A stretch of DNA of 64,000 nt from NCBI GenBank assembly GCA_010093705.1, contig MU006110.1:62001-126000 (forward strand), in the 5' to 3' direction. This DNA is from Patellaria atrata CBS 101060. Lineage: Eukaryota. This document shows, in pieces, positions 37,015-51,028 of this stretch (within the stretch, counting starts at the first letter, position 1; each line of letters starts with the position of its first letter). The notes under the pieces are model-generated. The model was not told where the DNA came from. It saw nothing but the letters and a program-made list of their open reading frames with translations, and searched no databases. Position numbers and translations under genes: made by a program.

Positions 37015-40000
37015 GTATCTTGTTGCTTACGCAAAATAGAACGATGATTTTGATGATGGGATAAAGGCGTCTGGCAGCATGCATGGTTGTGGGCCAGTTC
37101 AAATGAAAACTTTGATGATTACATGAATGGAATGGAGGCTATCAAGGCATGTTGCTAGATTAGATCATACACTATCATACGAAAAATGAATCAATATCCT
37201 CTAAAGGCCTTTGTGCCTCTATTTTGTTTTCCATCGCTAGGTCTCGCGTGAACAGTCTAGGTGTCCTTCCCGAGAGAAAAAGAAATCAATGTCCATGCTG
37301 AGTGGTGGTGAACGCGTAGGGTGAAGGGTGAACAGATAGTTCTAACTCAAGTCTTCGGCGGACTATCGATTTCTCAATATTAATTTCACCCCTTCTATGA
37401 GACATTTCTCTTTGTTTCGCTCTTCTTCCCTGCGTACTAATTTCTTTCTACTCATAATATGGCTTTCAAGACTAATGTCGAACGATCATTTGCTGATATC
37501 CCCGGCAGTTCTACCTCATCCGAGCTAGATAGACATCCATACGTAATACCTATGACCATGTCCACCGCTATGGATTCATATATCCAAGACAACAACTTCT
37601 AACCCCTTTGAAATTCAGGGCTCTAAAATTCTACTATTGCATGTACGAGAAGGTAATAATTTTACCTCCAGTTTGTGGAGCACCATGAAGCATTCCGGAG
37701 TGTTTTTGGCCGCAACACGGATTTGCTCGTCCATCATTGTGTTACTGATTCCTGGATCAGAGAGATTGTGTAGCTTGCCGCTTCATTCTCCTGCGATGGC
37801 GGAGATCCTACTGATGTCTTGTTGCTGATTATAATCTCTATAGAACATGCATGAGTACAGAACATGAGAGAGGAAGAGCAAAGGGAAACATGAGTAGCTA
37901 GATCTCCTACATCGAGCGGACCACGTACGGAAATTTTATGTTATGTTGATGGCTGTTGCATCCTAATCACAATTTCTGCAACAGAACGCCCAAAATTCAT
38001 TACCACCCACGTCCAGTTTGCTTTTGCCCAACAGACCGCTGAGATTTTTGAACTCTAGGGAGATTTGGAGCGAAGGAAGTGACTTATCCACCTAACGCTG
38101 CGAACCTATCCTCAGCTGATAATACCAGCATCATACATCAGCATACTGTGCCGTCACTCGCATCAGTCATGCGGCAACCGTGCAGTATCTAGAGTGTGAT
38201 CCTTCCTCCTGCGAGGTCTAGGGGTATAAGTAATCCTTTCCACCTCGAATTTTTTTCTCTTCTTAAATCGAACACGCTGAAAGACTTGCAGCGTTCAAAT
38301 AAGCCCTGTAAAAATTTGGGGCTGTTTCCGGTTAAGGAACGCGCAGTGGTATATTCTTTGGCTTTCTTTGGTGCCTCTTGATGGATTGGGTTTCCTGAGA
38401 CTTGTCTGAGTGTAGGGAAGTGAAAAAGTGGTTTAGGGATACAGTGCTGGTTGATGAGGTGAACATCATCTCGCTTTCATGGTGATGGGGTTGGTTATCG
38501 GTCATGTAGGATAAGGGTAAGGTCATTAGGTATTATCTTTACCGCGATCGGTCGGTCATGTGAAGCTTACGGGTATAAGTGTCTTTCTCTGTCTTTCCTT
38601 CTCTATTTCTTATTTGATATTGAATTCTTTTGTCTATGGTACTTCTAATATACTGGTGTAAGTATCTGTTCCCTCGTCTATGTTTCTGATTCCTTCAACA
38701 AACTGAGGTTGAAAAGTTCGCGCGAGCTTCCAGTCCAAAGAAAGATACTGCACTACATTGTCAGGCTGTGTTGAAATGCAAAGTATCTGCTTCCTTGTCT
38801 TCCCCCTTTTTTTTTTTTTTACTCTTCAACAGACTCAGCATGGACAAAGTTCCGTTGATAGCAACCGATGCATTATGAATCAATACGAGAGGAATTGACG
38901 AAGATGTGGTGTAGTTCACAGACAATTTTGGATCTAAGACTTTGAACAGATGATGAATAGCTCACTCTCGTGATGATAGAGTTTATCTTTGGTGCAAACT
39001 AATAAGCTATATCATTAGGGAACTGGATCATACACACAGAATTATGGGTCAGCTTAGATAAATACCTGGTCGCTGGAAAGCCCGTGTAACCCAACGCACT
39101 GAATATAGGTTTGCTGAGGGGCGTCCAGACATCCAATTAGACTGAAAGCGATATACTCTTTGATTTGAGGTCGATATTAGTGACCTGCGTACGTTTAGAG
39201 GGGCAGGGGATGATATTTGTATTCAAGATCAGCTCAGGGGAAGTCATCCCCTTTGCTCAGAGGGACAGTGTTATCTCACCCTATTATACGGTGTCACATA
39301 TCCAAGTCTCCTGATCACAAATCGCCCCAGTTTCTCTATATTCCTTCTTGAGCTTTCAACCATCAGACGCTCCATGATTCTAGGATAGTGCAGAGAGCCA
39401 ACTTCAACAGCTCAGTTCTGCGTCAGTGGAGCTTTGAAGGAGCTCTATTTGCCTAGATGTCTCGGACTGCACGTTCAAGGGGCATTTTGGGTACAGATGT
39501 AAAACAGCACAAAAGAACGATTGGAAGGACAGACATTTTCTCAACCTCTGAAGCGACGAGATAAACTGCGTGAAAGGGGGTTATGGAGGTAATGTCATAA
39601 GTTCAGCGGTAGAGTCTGGCGATGATATTCAGCTTGCGGTTCTAATGGAGATGTTCATTACTCTTCCACATTCCGCACATCTTTGAAAGGTACCAAGGCT
39701 ATCTACTCGGGCGATGAAATCAGTTCGTACTAGTATGGCGGGAGAATTTGCCATTCTGATTCCTACGGGAATCCACGGCAATGGACAAGGTAAGCCAGAA
39801 TTTGGCAATGCGAGCACGAGCGCACAATTCCCAGTATTTCATAATGTCAATTCATTGTTTGACCTATCCGGTGTTTCTGCAGTGCAAGAACTAAGAGCTG
39901 TGTAGTACGGAAAGGGTTTATATACACCTAGATCTGACAAATGCAAGACTCTTTCCTCATGATCTGGTCACATCGTCTGGCCCGTACGTAGAAGTCCTCG

Positions 40001-42650
40001 TGTTTGAACGTATGCTACGTATGACTTCCGGGGCTCATAAAGGGGTAGCATGCCCACATCATCCGCTGGTGTCCTACACCGCAACTCGGGCTCCAGAATG
40101 GACCGGAACCGCTTCGTTTTGAGGGAAAGTTTGACTTGAGACATCCCTCTACGACTTCTTTTTTCCATCGGATGTATACAATGAGGTGAGGGGAGGGTTG
40201 CTAGGGACTCTGATTCTACAGTTCTCTCTCTGAAGCCGAGCGCAAGCCGACGATTCCCTCTTCATCCACCGAGAGACTGGTCGATATGGTTCTCCACTGA
40301 GATTAGAAAGGCTGTACGAGAGATTATTGTCTCTTCTTTCCTTCCGGTTCGGGTTCTGGCGACAAAAGTGTTACGAGTGCATATTCGCTGTGGGAATAGG
40401 GGTAATGACTATAAACAATGATAATCAGCACCACTACATGCAGAATATGTTTGAATCCCACTATTAACTACATGATCGACATCATGAATATACGTAGCCA
40501 CGAGCTTTTAATTCCAGGATTCATGTCTGTAGGACTTAATCTTCTCAACGGAGAAATCATGACGGGGGGGATTCCTGTGTGACGGTTGGACGTATTCAAA
40601 AGTAGAGAACTCCGCAATAACATTTCGAACGATTCGAGGGTTAGTTGAGAAGAATTTAACATTAGAAAGATGAAAATATTGTACCCAATCTTGGGCATGG
40701 GATCCCTCTCTGCCCCCGACCTTCGCTGTTTATAACATATACTGCATGAATTTAATCACACCATCTGCAGTTATTTACACCTCCCCTATAGCACAAGCTG
40801 ATTAATATCCTCTCTTCAGAAGGTTCACTGGCTTGAAAACCCTCCCCCAACAAACTACCAAGGAAGAACAAGGTACTGGACAGTACCACCTTGACATTAT
40901 AGCCGATATACCAATCCCACTATTCCCCGCGGAGAGGCCTACTTCCTACGACCACTAAGTTTATATTGCACAGTTAACGACTAGGTATAATGGTGACGTG
41001 GATCATCGAGATAGATAGAAACCCCATTATCCCCCACAGATGTTGATTATAATCATTGTCGGGTCCAACTATTCCTCTGCATACAAAGATGATCTCCCTC
41101 CACTGCGCCCTTCCGCACACGCAGGCACTTTATGATGGGATATTCTTAGAGAATATCTCGAATTGAAAATCTCTCTCCGTGGGACTTTCGTTGTAGCCAA
41201 GGCTAGTAGGTGAAGACGAAGCGTTTCGAAGGAAACGAGACTATATGCTCCGCGCTGTGGAGGGCATGGGATAGCCTCCGCAATATGACACTTCCTCTTT
41301 TGTGACCCAAAATGCATGATATGACCATATCATTTGCGGATCCACACGTCACGTTACTTGCCGACCACAAGCCCAAATCCTTCTCTTTTAGGGAGGTGGA
41401 TTGGTATAAATCATTCTTCCTAAAACGTCTAGGTTCAAGCGTTGTTGAAACTTCAAGGATGGGATAGGTGGATCCAGTTTAAAAATGGGATTCCATTCCC
41501 TTGTCTTGTTTTCGTTTCTCATCCATATGATGACGCCGAATATTGCCGGTAGGAACTGGCATCGTGCGAGCATTCTGTTCCCATCATGACTGGATAAGAC
41601 GTCGCACTCTATCTATTGTCCGGGGGAGTGCTGGAGGTCGAAAAAGGTGGAAGGGAATGGGTTTCGTCCGACATGATATTAAACAGAGATTTTCAGCATT
41701 GTTCTTCTGGCGGAATGGAGATAAGCATTTCCCATCAGTGGCGATGATGGCTATTATAACATCTCAGCTCTTCCCTGAAAGAGGGAATACGGCCCTCAAA
41801 ACATATTTTGCAAGAGTGAAAGAGAAAACTGAGATAATATGACTGTACTGTATGTGCGTAGCAAACGGAAAATGTTTCGTCAGGCGTTCGTTATGATATT
41901 TGACCCCCCTTGAGCTCGTGCTACTCTACGAAAACACAAAAAACCAAAACAAGATGCGAGTGAATTGCTCTTATCGTGCTAAGGACTCCTTGAAGAGAAA
42001 TTCAGTGTTAATATGTAAGTTCTTTTACTCAACATCGAAGGACATGGGGCCAGTTCCTGCATCTTACTTTGTAACGTGAACTGCATGAATAGGGGCCCAC
42101 AATTACTCAGACAGCAGCTCGAAGTATTTTTTTTTTTTTTTGAAAAGTAGAAGACAAGTATTAATCCTTTTTTTCCAGGACTTCAACCGGAGAATTCAGA
42201 GGGCGGAAAAAGAAACACATACCAGCTCATACCCTCTGTAGCGGAGAACATCGCAGCGTATCTAGCGTTGGGATAAGTAGGCAGGCCTATAGTATTGCCT
42301 GACGGTGTGGAAAACCTATTTATGGCGTTGTGTCTGCGGCGTGCTAAGAAGCCTCATAGAGGGTTGAGATTGGAAAGGGTGACAAGGTAAACCAATTATG
42401 ATGGTGATAGTGTAGCTTATTTGGACGAACTGATGCATATCTCCAGCATCTGACCCTTTTCAATGAGTCCGGCGTAATATCGCAAAAGAAAATAATTCGA
42501 ACTTCAAGAATCTTCCATATCTTTTATTTTTCAGCAAGACTCTCTTTACTACACATTTAGACCCTACCGTGATTAAATCCCCCAACTATTTGAGGCTTCT
42601 CTCACCGCTTGATCCCCTTGGTGTCACCCTTAACTTCCCACCGACCCAAC

Positions 42651-43301
42651 TCACCCGAACCCCATGCCGGACCCCTTTTTCTTTCTCCAATATCTCCTCC
42701 GTGCACCGTTGCATATGTTGTAGAGATACAAAGCGCAACACAAAATGAATGCCATAACTAGATACAGCAGTAGTGAATCATCTCTTATACTCCTGAAGAA
42801 CTTCTGCGGAAGATTTGGAGAATGAGGATGCTTGAAAGGTCGCGTAGGAAGAGGTGGCGGAGAACCCGGATCGGAAACGGGAGGGTGCACATGAGGTTTG
42901 GGTACATGGTATTCTATAGTTTTTGGGGATTGGGGAGCTATGGTTGTGTGGAAGGGTTTGTCGGAAGTTGAGAAAATGGAAGACGAGGCTGTTGGAGACG
43001 CACTCTCTTCGCTTGGGATTTGGACAATAATCGACCGTACGGTCTTGAAGCGAGGCGTATCGCTAGTGTAGAGTTCCAATGGGTGGTCTTTGAGAGAGAA
43101 GGATGTAGCGTATGGTTCTCGTGTTGACTGCAACGTGGAAACGCGTTTTTGTTGTTCTATTGCGATTAAGATCGAGGACCACGACGGTGGATCGATGCGG
43201 GGGTGTTTGGCCGCAACAGGCGGTTGAGCATCCTGGGCACTATGTGGTTGTGGTGGATTTGGGGTGAGGTTTTGGTTTTGAAGCTGTCTTCGGTCTTTCA
43301 T
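42651..43301 (-). CDS. Hypothetical Pro/Ser-rich protein with a single C-terminal TM helix (tail-anchored-like)
   Basis: ORF of about 216 aa. LLLYLVMAFILCCALYLY is followed by the basic tail RRRYWRKKK. Confidence 0.6.
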   Translation of the reverse strand: MKDRRQLQNQNLTPNPPQPHSAQDAQPPVAAKHPRIDPPSWSSILIAIEQQKRVSTLQSTREPYATSFSLKDHPLELYTSDTPRFKTVRSIIVQIPSEESASPTASSSIFSTSDKPFHTTIAPQSPKTIEYHVPKPHVHPPVSDPGSPPPLPTRPFKHPHSPNLPQKFFRSIRDDSLLLYLVMAFILCCALYLYNICNGARRRYWRKKKGSGMGFG

Positions 43302-44014
43302 GATAGTCGTTGACGGCACGCAACTGTAAGTGGTATGAATAACCTGCTCTTGATATTGAAGGAGTAGGAGTATAATCTCAAATCATTCTGACCTTTAAAG
43401 CGGCGGTTAATAACTAAGGTACCTATAATATACATTTGACGTCTTGAACTGCTCGATTGAGCGATAGTTAACACAAATTTTGTTGATGTTAGATTCCTGT
43501 ACGTTGAATGGACTTACCGTGGTTCCACTTATCATATTTTCGGTTAGCGACTGAAGAGACCTAAGTATTACACATTCAGTGAAAGGGGCCAGAAACTTCC
43601 CAGATCCAAATCTAACAATATCATCTGGTTTTTGGTGAAGTAATGTTCTACGTCGCCGGTCTTCGCGGATTGAAGGAAGGTTGCACCAGGTTGCAAAGTG
43701 AATGATAATGGTAAATTCTCGAACTATACAACCACTGATAGCTGTTGCAGGAATACCTTACCATGATCGGAGAAAAAGGTCGTTCAGGATTGAACAAAGA
43801 ATTCGATAACGGAGAGAGTATGTTAGCAGCGATATTGATTAGACATCGGACTCCAAATCTATTCACCCTTACAAGTCAATTTCAACCTTTGTCTGCAGAT
43901 ACTTCCATTGCCAATACGCCTTGTACTGTTACGGTTTCGATTGATCTGTCATTGCGCTCGAATAATTAAACGATCGTTCATGCAATCACCCACTAGGGAA
44001 TCCTCGAAACATCT

Positions 44015-45796
44015 CTACTCCTCTGCGACTAGATTCTGCCCGTCTCTGAGGCCTTCCACCACGAGTTCTTGACCTTCTGCTCTCCGGTAGATATCCCGAA
44101 TATCGTCTGCATAACCATTAATCAGTCAATTTATCCACTTAGAAGGTATTGCTATCTATCTGACCTGTAGTCGTCTCGAAGTGGCTTGTTGCGTCATAAC
44201 TCCTCGAGATGAAGATGTTATCATTCACGCCGCTCTCAAGAGGTTCGTAGAGAGGGATGGCAGGCCCCATAAATTTCTCCTCGATTCTACCTAGACGATC
44301 GAATCCAGGCTGTAACTCAAGATGGTGATTGCTGCTGCCTTCAGCGATGGTCGAAACAATTGCAATGTAGTAGCCCTTCGGGCAGACATTGTGTGCAGAC
44401 GAAACCACCGCAATGTAGATATCTAGAATAGGTTATAAGTTTTGTGGCTCTCTAGCGCTGCCAAAGTGACATACCATGCTTTCGTCCAACCTGCGATTGG
44501 GGAATGATGAGCTGCAAGGAATCGGAGTTATCGGTATTAGCTACTGGATGGTTCAAGATGCAAATGGCTTTCAAAAGATGATCAACCACCTGCACTTTAC
44601 CTGGAAAATAGGACGGATCCGCTATAATCTTCTTGCACTTGGTCTGAAATTTCATGCCATCACCAGGTTCACCTCGTTCTTTCATCGTCGCTTTGATTCC
44701 CGAGACTTTGTTGTTCTCGTACAAAATCTCGTCGATATCAGTGTTAAGCATGTAGGTGCCACCATATATAGCTGATAAGCGTGCAAAACCTTGGGGAAGT
44801 TCTCCAAGGCCGTAGAGAGGATAGATATAGGGAGATTTGCCGTATCGAGCCATTGAGTTAACGTAGAGACGAATACGTTCTACCGTCTCCTGGGCCATTC
44901 CTGGGGCGTTAATATACTCATCTGTCTGAAATAAAGCCATGGAATGACCAATGAAATCTCGAGTAGAGGCTTCCAATCCGAATTTGTCGTAAACCTCTTT
45001 CATCGTGCACTTTGATAGATTCAGTCCTATTCTTGTCAGTCGTGGCGCGGTCATGGCCTAAGCTTCCCCTACCTTTGTGCGAGGCTGGATCTTCCTGTTT
45101 GAAGGAGCCCACAAACTCTAAGAAGTTTCTGGCCCGCCGTTTTTCGAAGATACCCATGAGTGGTGATCTTAAAGCCTCTCCGGCATCTGAAGGCACTTTG
45201 GCCACTGTAGCCTTGGGTCCATTGCCCTGTTGAACGTAGCTTCCGGCTATTTGTTTGAACTCGAGATATCTTGTGACGTCTGTTGACACCAGGATGTTTG
45301 TCAATTCCCCATTGGCCATAAGAAGTTTGGGAACGAGGTCGATGTTCCAGTCGTTGACTCGACCGTATTTCTTCCATGGTTCTTCACCAGGACCATAATT
45401 GCCGTACTTCTTGAATAACTTTATCTTGTGAGCGACATATACAGCAGGGAAAGGCAATGTTCATTTACCGCTTCAATGTTGATGGAGGCGGCTTCGCTGG
45501 GGTTCGTGAGTCTTTATCGAGTGAGTATTGAGGACCTGTAGGGCTCACCCTCCATAATGATCGTTGCGGTCGATGTGCAGCACCTTCTTTCCCTTCACAC
45601 TCATCACCCTAGTATGCTTTTAGTTACAATTGTCTGAGTAGAGGGTGTCTGTCAAACGTGCGACTCACCCCGAAAGAACGCATTCGGTGAGACCTATGTA
45701 TTTACATTAGCTATCTGTTGCTGCAATGGCAAGGTGGGGTAGTTCTGCACCTGTCCCGAGGACGACGAGATCGTATTCTGGAGCAACGTCTTCCAT
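44015..45796 (-). CDS. GDI1: Rab GDP-dissociation inhibitor (multi-exon)
   Basis: EYDLVVLGTG / LTECVLSG, KVLHIDRNDHYG, DWNIDLVPKLLMANG, YGKSPYIYPLYGLGELPQGFARLSAIYGGTYML and SYDATSHFETT. Confidence 0.97.
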
Positions 45797-46274
45797 GATG
45801 GTTGTGAATTCTTGATGAGATGGCAAAGGATGTGAGAATATAATCAAAAGTGCAAGTTTTGTGTATAGAGAGGGAGTATGGGGTTCTTGATTTTGTTTTT
45901 GCGGTGTGAAATGGAGTTGTCGTAGCTCCCCCTCATGCATCAGGACCTGCAGTTCTCCGCTAGCGTCAAAAGGGGGCCAACGACTCACGTACAGTAAAAC
46001 TATTAAGGATGATACAGATCGTTGTATCAAGATTTGATAGAATCAATTGCAGTAGTTCTACTATATGGTCTAACTCTCCAGGAATATGCACAAAATTGCG
46101 AATTGTTGCCTACAAAGTGCTATGCTCCCTATCCAAGACATCAGAGTACCTAATCGTTAACTTTTTCTTCTATACTCCCGGCCGAGGGTCTTGCATAATA
46201 TATATTTCGAACTGTAGATTACGTACATATATAAGGGCGATCGCGCTTGGTGGACATAATGGGCTTATTTGTAC

Positions 46275-47174
46275 TCAAGGTCCAAGAGGACCTACAGGAC
46301 GTTCACTCTCAGTTACTTCGACTCCATCCTCCATTACCTGTGGCAACATAAGTATGAGTCAAGATCTATAGACTTTCAGCACATTACCTTGGGGTTATAT
46401 GCGTTGCCTTCTGTGGCAAAGAGATCGATCTCCTCGTCATTCCTGGCCAACTTTCGAGCATCTTCCCATGCATACCAACGTTCCGTTAATGCATGCTTTA
46501 TAGCTTTCTGAGTTATCCTCACCTGGAAAACACATTATTAGCATTGTAGGGCAATAGCCGGAGATCCAGATCCTCTCGACATACGGTTATGTTCCTTTGC
46601 TCGTTTTCATACTCGCCGTAGCCGGCTTCAACCCGGTTGCGCTCAAAAGCTTCGGTCGCAAGACGATTTCGCTCCTTTACACAAACCCACCATAGCCTAT
46701 GTAAGTCCTCCCAGGACTTGTGTCGCAGCTCCTCCACGCTCCATGCGCGGCCTGATGGTAGGTTTCTTAGCATGATCCACAAACGTTAGGATCTTTCAAT
46801 TGAGACCAACCATGTGCAGCATCTTCTTCTGGTGTAGCCATAACCCTCCTTTCTTTGTTGAAAAACTGCCATAGCCCGTGATTGGCATCCACCTCGATAT
46901 TTGTCTTCCTTTTCACGGGGGTTGGGAGAGGATCATCCCTCACTGACAACGTTTGTCTATTCCTTGGACCAGTCCGTCGAATGACAGATACGCCGCGATT
47001 ACGATTTTGATCTCGGGGATAGTATTGTCGTGGGCTGGTGGAGAAATGAGAGGCGCATGATTTCGTCTGATAATTTGTCTTCTGCAGTGATGGGGCTAGG
47101 AATGTTGGGATGATATCAGAGACATTGGAGGCACAATTGATATGTGGTCTCCTCCGAATAGGGAGTGTATTCAT
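46275..47174 (-). CDS. MRPL4: Mitochondrial ribosomal protein uL29m (L47/YmL4), 4 exons
   Basis: [40 protein letters not shown] and [19 protein letters not shown]. Confidence 0.93.
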
Positions 47175-47498
47175 GTCTAGAAGGCGGTTGATACCAAAGG
47201 GACCACAGGTAAAGACGAAGAATACAGAAAATTGTAGAAGTAGGTGAGCTAGAGACGGGAGACGGCATGCGCGTTTGCAATGAATGATGACTAAGTTCCC
47301 GGTTCCTGTCTCGAGCCGATTGACTGCCGCGTCGCGAACTTCGATATGGCGATACTCGTTCAGTACAGAGTACAAACACTTCCACCTACTCCTTCTACCC
47401 CCAAAACTCTACAATCACGTCGAGGCTCCCTCGTTGGAGCTTCTGTAAGCTGACTTTAACCTAGAGCTTTGGCTTGGCCCCACAGCTTCGTATCCACG

Positions 47499-49766
47499 AT
47501 GAATCGTCCAGGTTTGTTCGGCTTCCTTTTTGCGATTACCTCCGTCTCTTCTCAATTTCAAAGCGCACTGCTTTCATGAATGACATGATCAAGCCAGCGA
47601 CTAGATTTTGCTTGTCGGTGTGATTGTAGCATGTGTGTTCAACTCTCTACTTCTTTCTGTTCTTGGACCCAGCCATCATTCAAAGAAAAGAAGTCAGAAT
47701 CGCTACTACCTTTGCTAAACCGTGCGGACAACCAATTTTCTTTTCTCACCTACGACAACAGCCGCTTCTTCAGATAACTTAACCATTTCTTACTTCATAC
47801 GTGCTAAACACTTTTCTTTCTACAGGTCCAGGACCACAACCTCTACGATCGATGCACGGTAACATGTTCCAGCCCCAACAGCCCAACGCCAATCGCGGCG
47901 GTCAGTTAGGCCCCGGAAGACTACAAAATGGCAAGCTAGGTACTTTGAATAAGAAGAGCATGTTCACATCATCACAGTTTGTCTGACAAACTTGTTGTTT
48001 TAGGTAGTGGGTCTGGATGGGGATTTGGAGGCATGCCAATGGGAGGCGCAAATAACCTCCCAAACGCTCCGGCACGGCCAAATGCAGGGCAACTCTCCAA
48101 TTTCGCTCAAGCAGTGGGCGGTTCGCAACCACATCCTCCTTTGGACCTTTCGTAAGTTACCACGCTTTATATTATCCCTGGGCATGCATGGCTTTCCTCT
48201 GAAAACGAATTCCCATCTCTGGTTTCTATTGCTTCGACTAGGGATCACAATAAAGCTAGATGAGCAAGAGAGTGGAAGAATAAAGAAATCCCCAAATTGA
48301 CATATGATGACAGCAGAGAAGAGTTCCCCTCCCTATCTGGTACTCCTCAGTCCCAGCAACAAAGCTCGGCTCAGGCGATATGGCAAAATCCCAACCCATC
48401 TCTTCGTGCGCCTCAACAACGAAACCAACCTCAAGGTGGACCACCACAACAATCTGCGCAAAGCAATGCTCAACAGGTACAACAACATCCGCAACAGTCG
48501 CAGGAGAACGACCCGTCGTCGGCGGCGTCACAATACTCATCTGGAATGGAAGATTATAGGTTTGGAGGTCCTACTGGTGTCAATCAACTCTCAGGTGCGT
48601 CACAGCCGCAAACGGGCAATACAAAAGACTTTCCGCCATTGAGTGGCCTGGGGTCCGGCGAGATTGGGCAGGATCGGCGCTCGGGAATGCTTCAGAATGC
48701 TTCGTTTGCAGATAGTATCTTTGGGGACGGGTTCTCTAACAGCGGAAATCAAGCCAGAAACGCCATGTTCAGCGCATCAGATAATCAACAAGAACGATCT
48801 ACCGGGTCGACAATTGGTGATCGTGGAGCAACTGTCCAAGAACCGGAACCAAATGTAAGCAAATATAACCTTACTGGAATCAAATTGGCTAATCGTTATT
48901 GTAGAGAGGTGGTCAAGGTAGCCGCTTGGGTAACCCCACGCAATCTAGTCAGATGCCCTTTCGAGGTGGATTCCAGGACTCGCAGTTACAACATCCATCA
49001 GACCAAAGGAATATTCAAGCTCATCTAGATCCACCCTTCCATGATGATCTCACAGAATCCCCAAATAATGTTCCACCACCCGAACGAAAACGCTTGGCTG
49101 ATATGACCGATCTTGAGCGTTTCGGACTATATGGACTATTATCTATAATCAAAGAGGATAGCCCTGATCATTCCGCCTTGGCTGTTGGTCAAGATCTTAC
49201 AGTTCTCGGTCTGGATCTTAACCGACCGGAGTAAGTCACAAATTTGATATCTCGAAACAAGTACTAAGAAACTCCATCTAGTAATTCGCCTCTATATCCT
49301 ACATTTGGTACCCCTTTTGTGGAAGCGAATCCGCGTCCTATCATTCCAAATTTCACGCTCCCTGCTGCGTATACCGTGACTAACGTTCCTCCACTCGCTT
49401 CGCGAATGAACGCTTTCTCGGACGAGACCCTCTTCGCGATTTTCTTCCAGAACCCGCGTGATATCATCCAAGAGCATGCCGCCGGAGAGCTGTAAGTCCC
49501 ATTTCCTAACATGAGCCCTAGCTTTTAAATTACTCACGTTATGATACAGCTACACCCGCGACTGGCGCTGGCACAAAGAGCTCCAACAATGGATGCAGAA
49601 AGACACCACCTACGGCCAACCCGTTCGCATCTCCGATAAGCAAGAACGCGGGTACTATGTCTTCTTTGACGCGAATAACTGGCGCCGCGAGCGCCGCGAA
49701 TTCGTGCTCAACTACGAGCACCTCGACCAACGGCACGCAGCCGGACCCCCACTCCAACCCATGTAG
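47499..49766 (+). CDS. NOT2: CCR4-NOT complex subunit Not2 (multi-exon)
   Basis: Micro-exon MNRP with intron 47512-47825, then NFAQAVG..LDLS/EEFPSL, RFGLYGLL, GQDLTVLGLDL, and NOT-box FSDETLFAIFFQNPRD...RDWRWHKE...YVFFD. Confidence 0.92.
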
Positions 49767-49871
49767 ACCACATCCTCCCCTATGAGAACGTTGCACCCTG
49801 TACTATACTACCCCCACTGGATAAGATGGATTGATGACTTTCTGCTCAATACTAACGATTTTTTGCGATAG

Positions 49872-50205
49872 CTTTAGGGGACTTGTTGAGGAAGAGTGGA
49901 GGGTGCGGGATAGGAGGGTTGACCGCGCCTTCGAGCAGGGGCAAGCGCTGCGGGCGTACCCAATGGAGGTGCAGCGCGCAGTCGAGGCTGAGGTTGCATT
50001 TGCGGCTTCAGAGCAAGCGGGGCGGTTGCAGAGGGATATGGAGTTTCGGGATGATCTCATTCCGTTCAGTCTTGACCCTGACGATTATGAGTCTGTTGAG
50101 CTTCGGACCCCCTTTCCCGTCATCCCATTTGGGGAGCGCAGCACTCAACTTGAGTACGCGTCCGGCATCATGTACTCGGGCTTCGATCCGTATTACACCG
50201 AGTGA
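49872..50205 (+). CDS. Coding-like exon of unknown function (possible alternative last exon of NOT2)
   Basis: Open, GC3-rich frame preceded by a TACTAAC branch point and a TAG acceptor at 49869-49871. Confidence 0.4.
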
Positions 50206-51028
50206 GCAGGCAACACATCTCATGCGGAAAGTTATTGCATACAACTGGAGGTCAAGGTCGCTGAGAAATCTGGTGTCGAGTGGACTGCTGGAAGTGTATG
50301 AGACGAGTAGATGAGCAAATTACGCTCTTATCTATCGGGCGTAATATGAAAACCTTGACTGCGTGGTCATTTCTCAAGATTCTGTTTGCGTACGTGATAA
50401 CATGTCCACGGACGGCTTAAGAACCGTTTCTGCCATAACGATTGGTCGTGTATAAACGCGGTAAGTCAATATTCGGACTCTTCTGCTCCCAAAGGTCCGT
50501 TGGGTGATTGTTGAGAACGAGTTCAGATGCAGGAGTTTGCAATACATAGTGCGTTGTTAGGTATGTATACGTTGTATTGCATTCTTTTCTACCATAGCTA
50601 CTTATGTTGATACACAGGATACAATGTGTCTGCCCTGTCTATTAAAACAAAGAGAATAAAGTCCAAGAGAAACAAAAAGGCATTCCTCTAATGTATCACT
50701 TACCTCCTCTTCCACCGTCTCAATTTGGGAATAGTCCCCATTGATTAATCAATTCGTCCCAACGAGGCCGAGATATCATCTCTGTAGTCAACAGTGGACA
50801 TGTGATCAGTCAGCATTTCACATAACAAAACATCACAGTCAAAATCACGGCGAGGAGGGGCATAGATGCCCTGGCGATCAAGCCTAGTCACCCGCAAGCG
50901 GGTAGACTCAGCGACACCTAATGGGGAGTAAACCTTTGCATTTGGCTATATCAGCCTGTCCTCTATGGACATGGTCCACACCAGCATATTGAAAGAAGCA
51001 CACATGTCCATATCCACCAACTCGTTAT

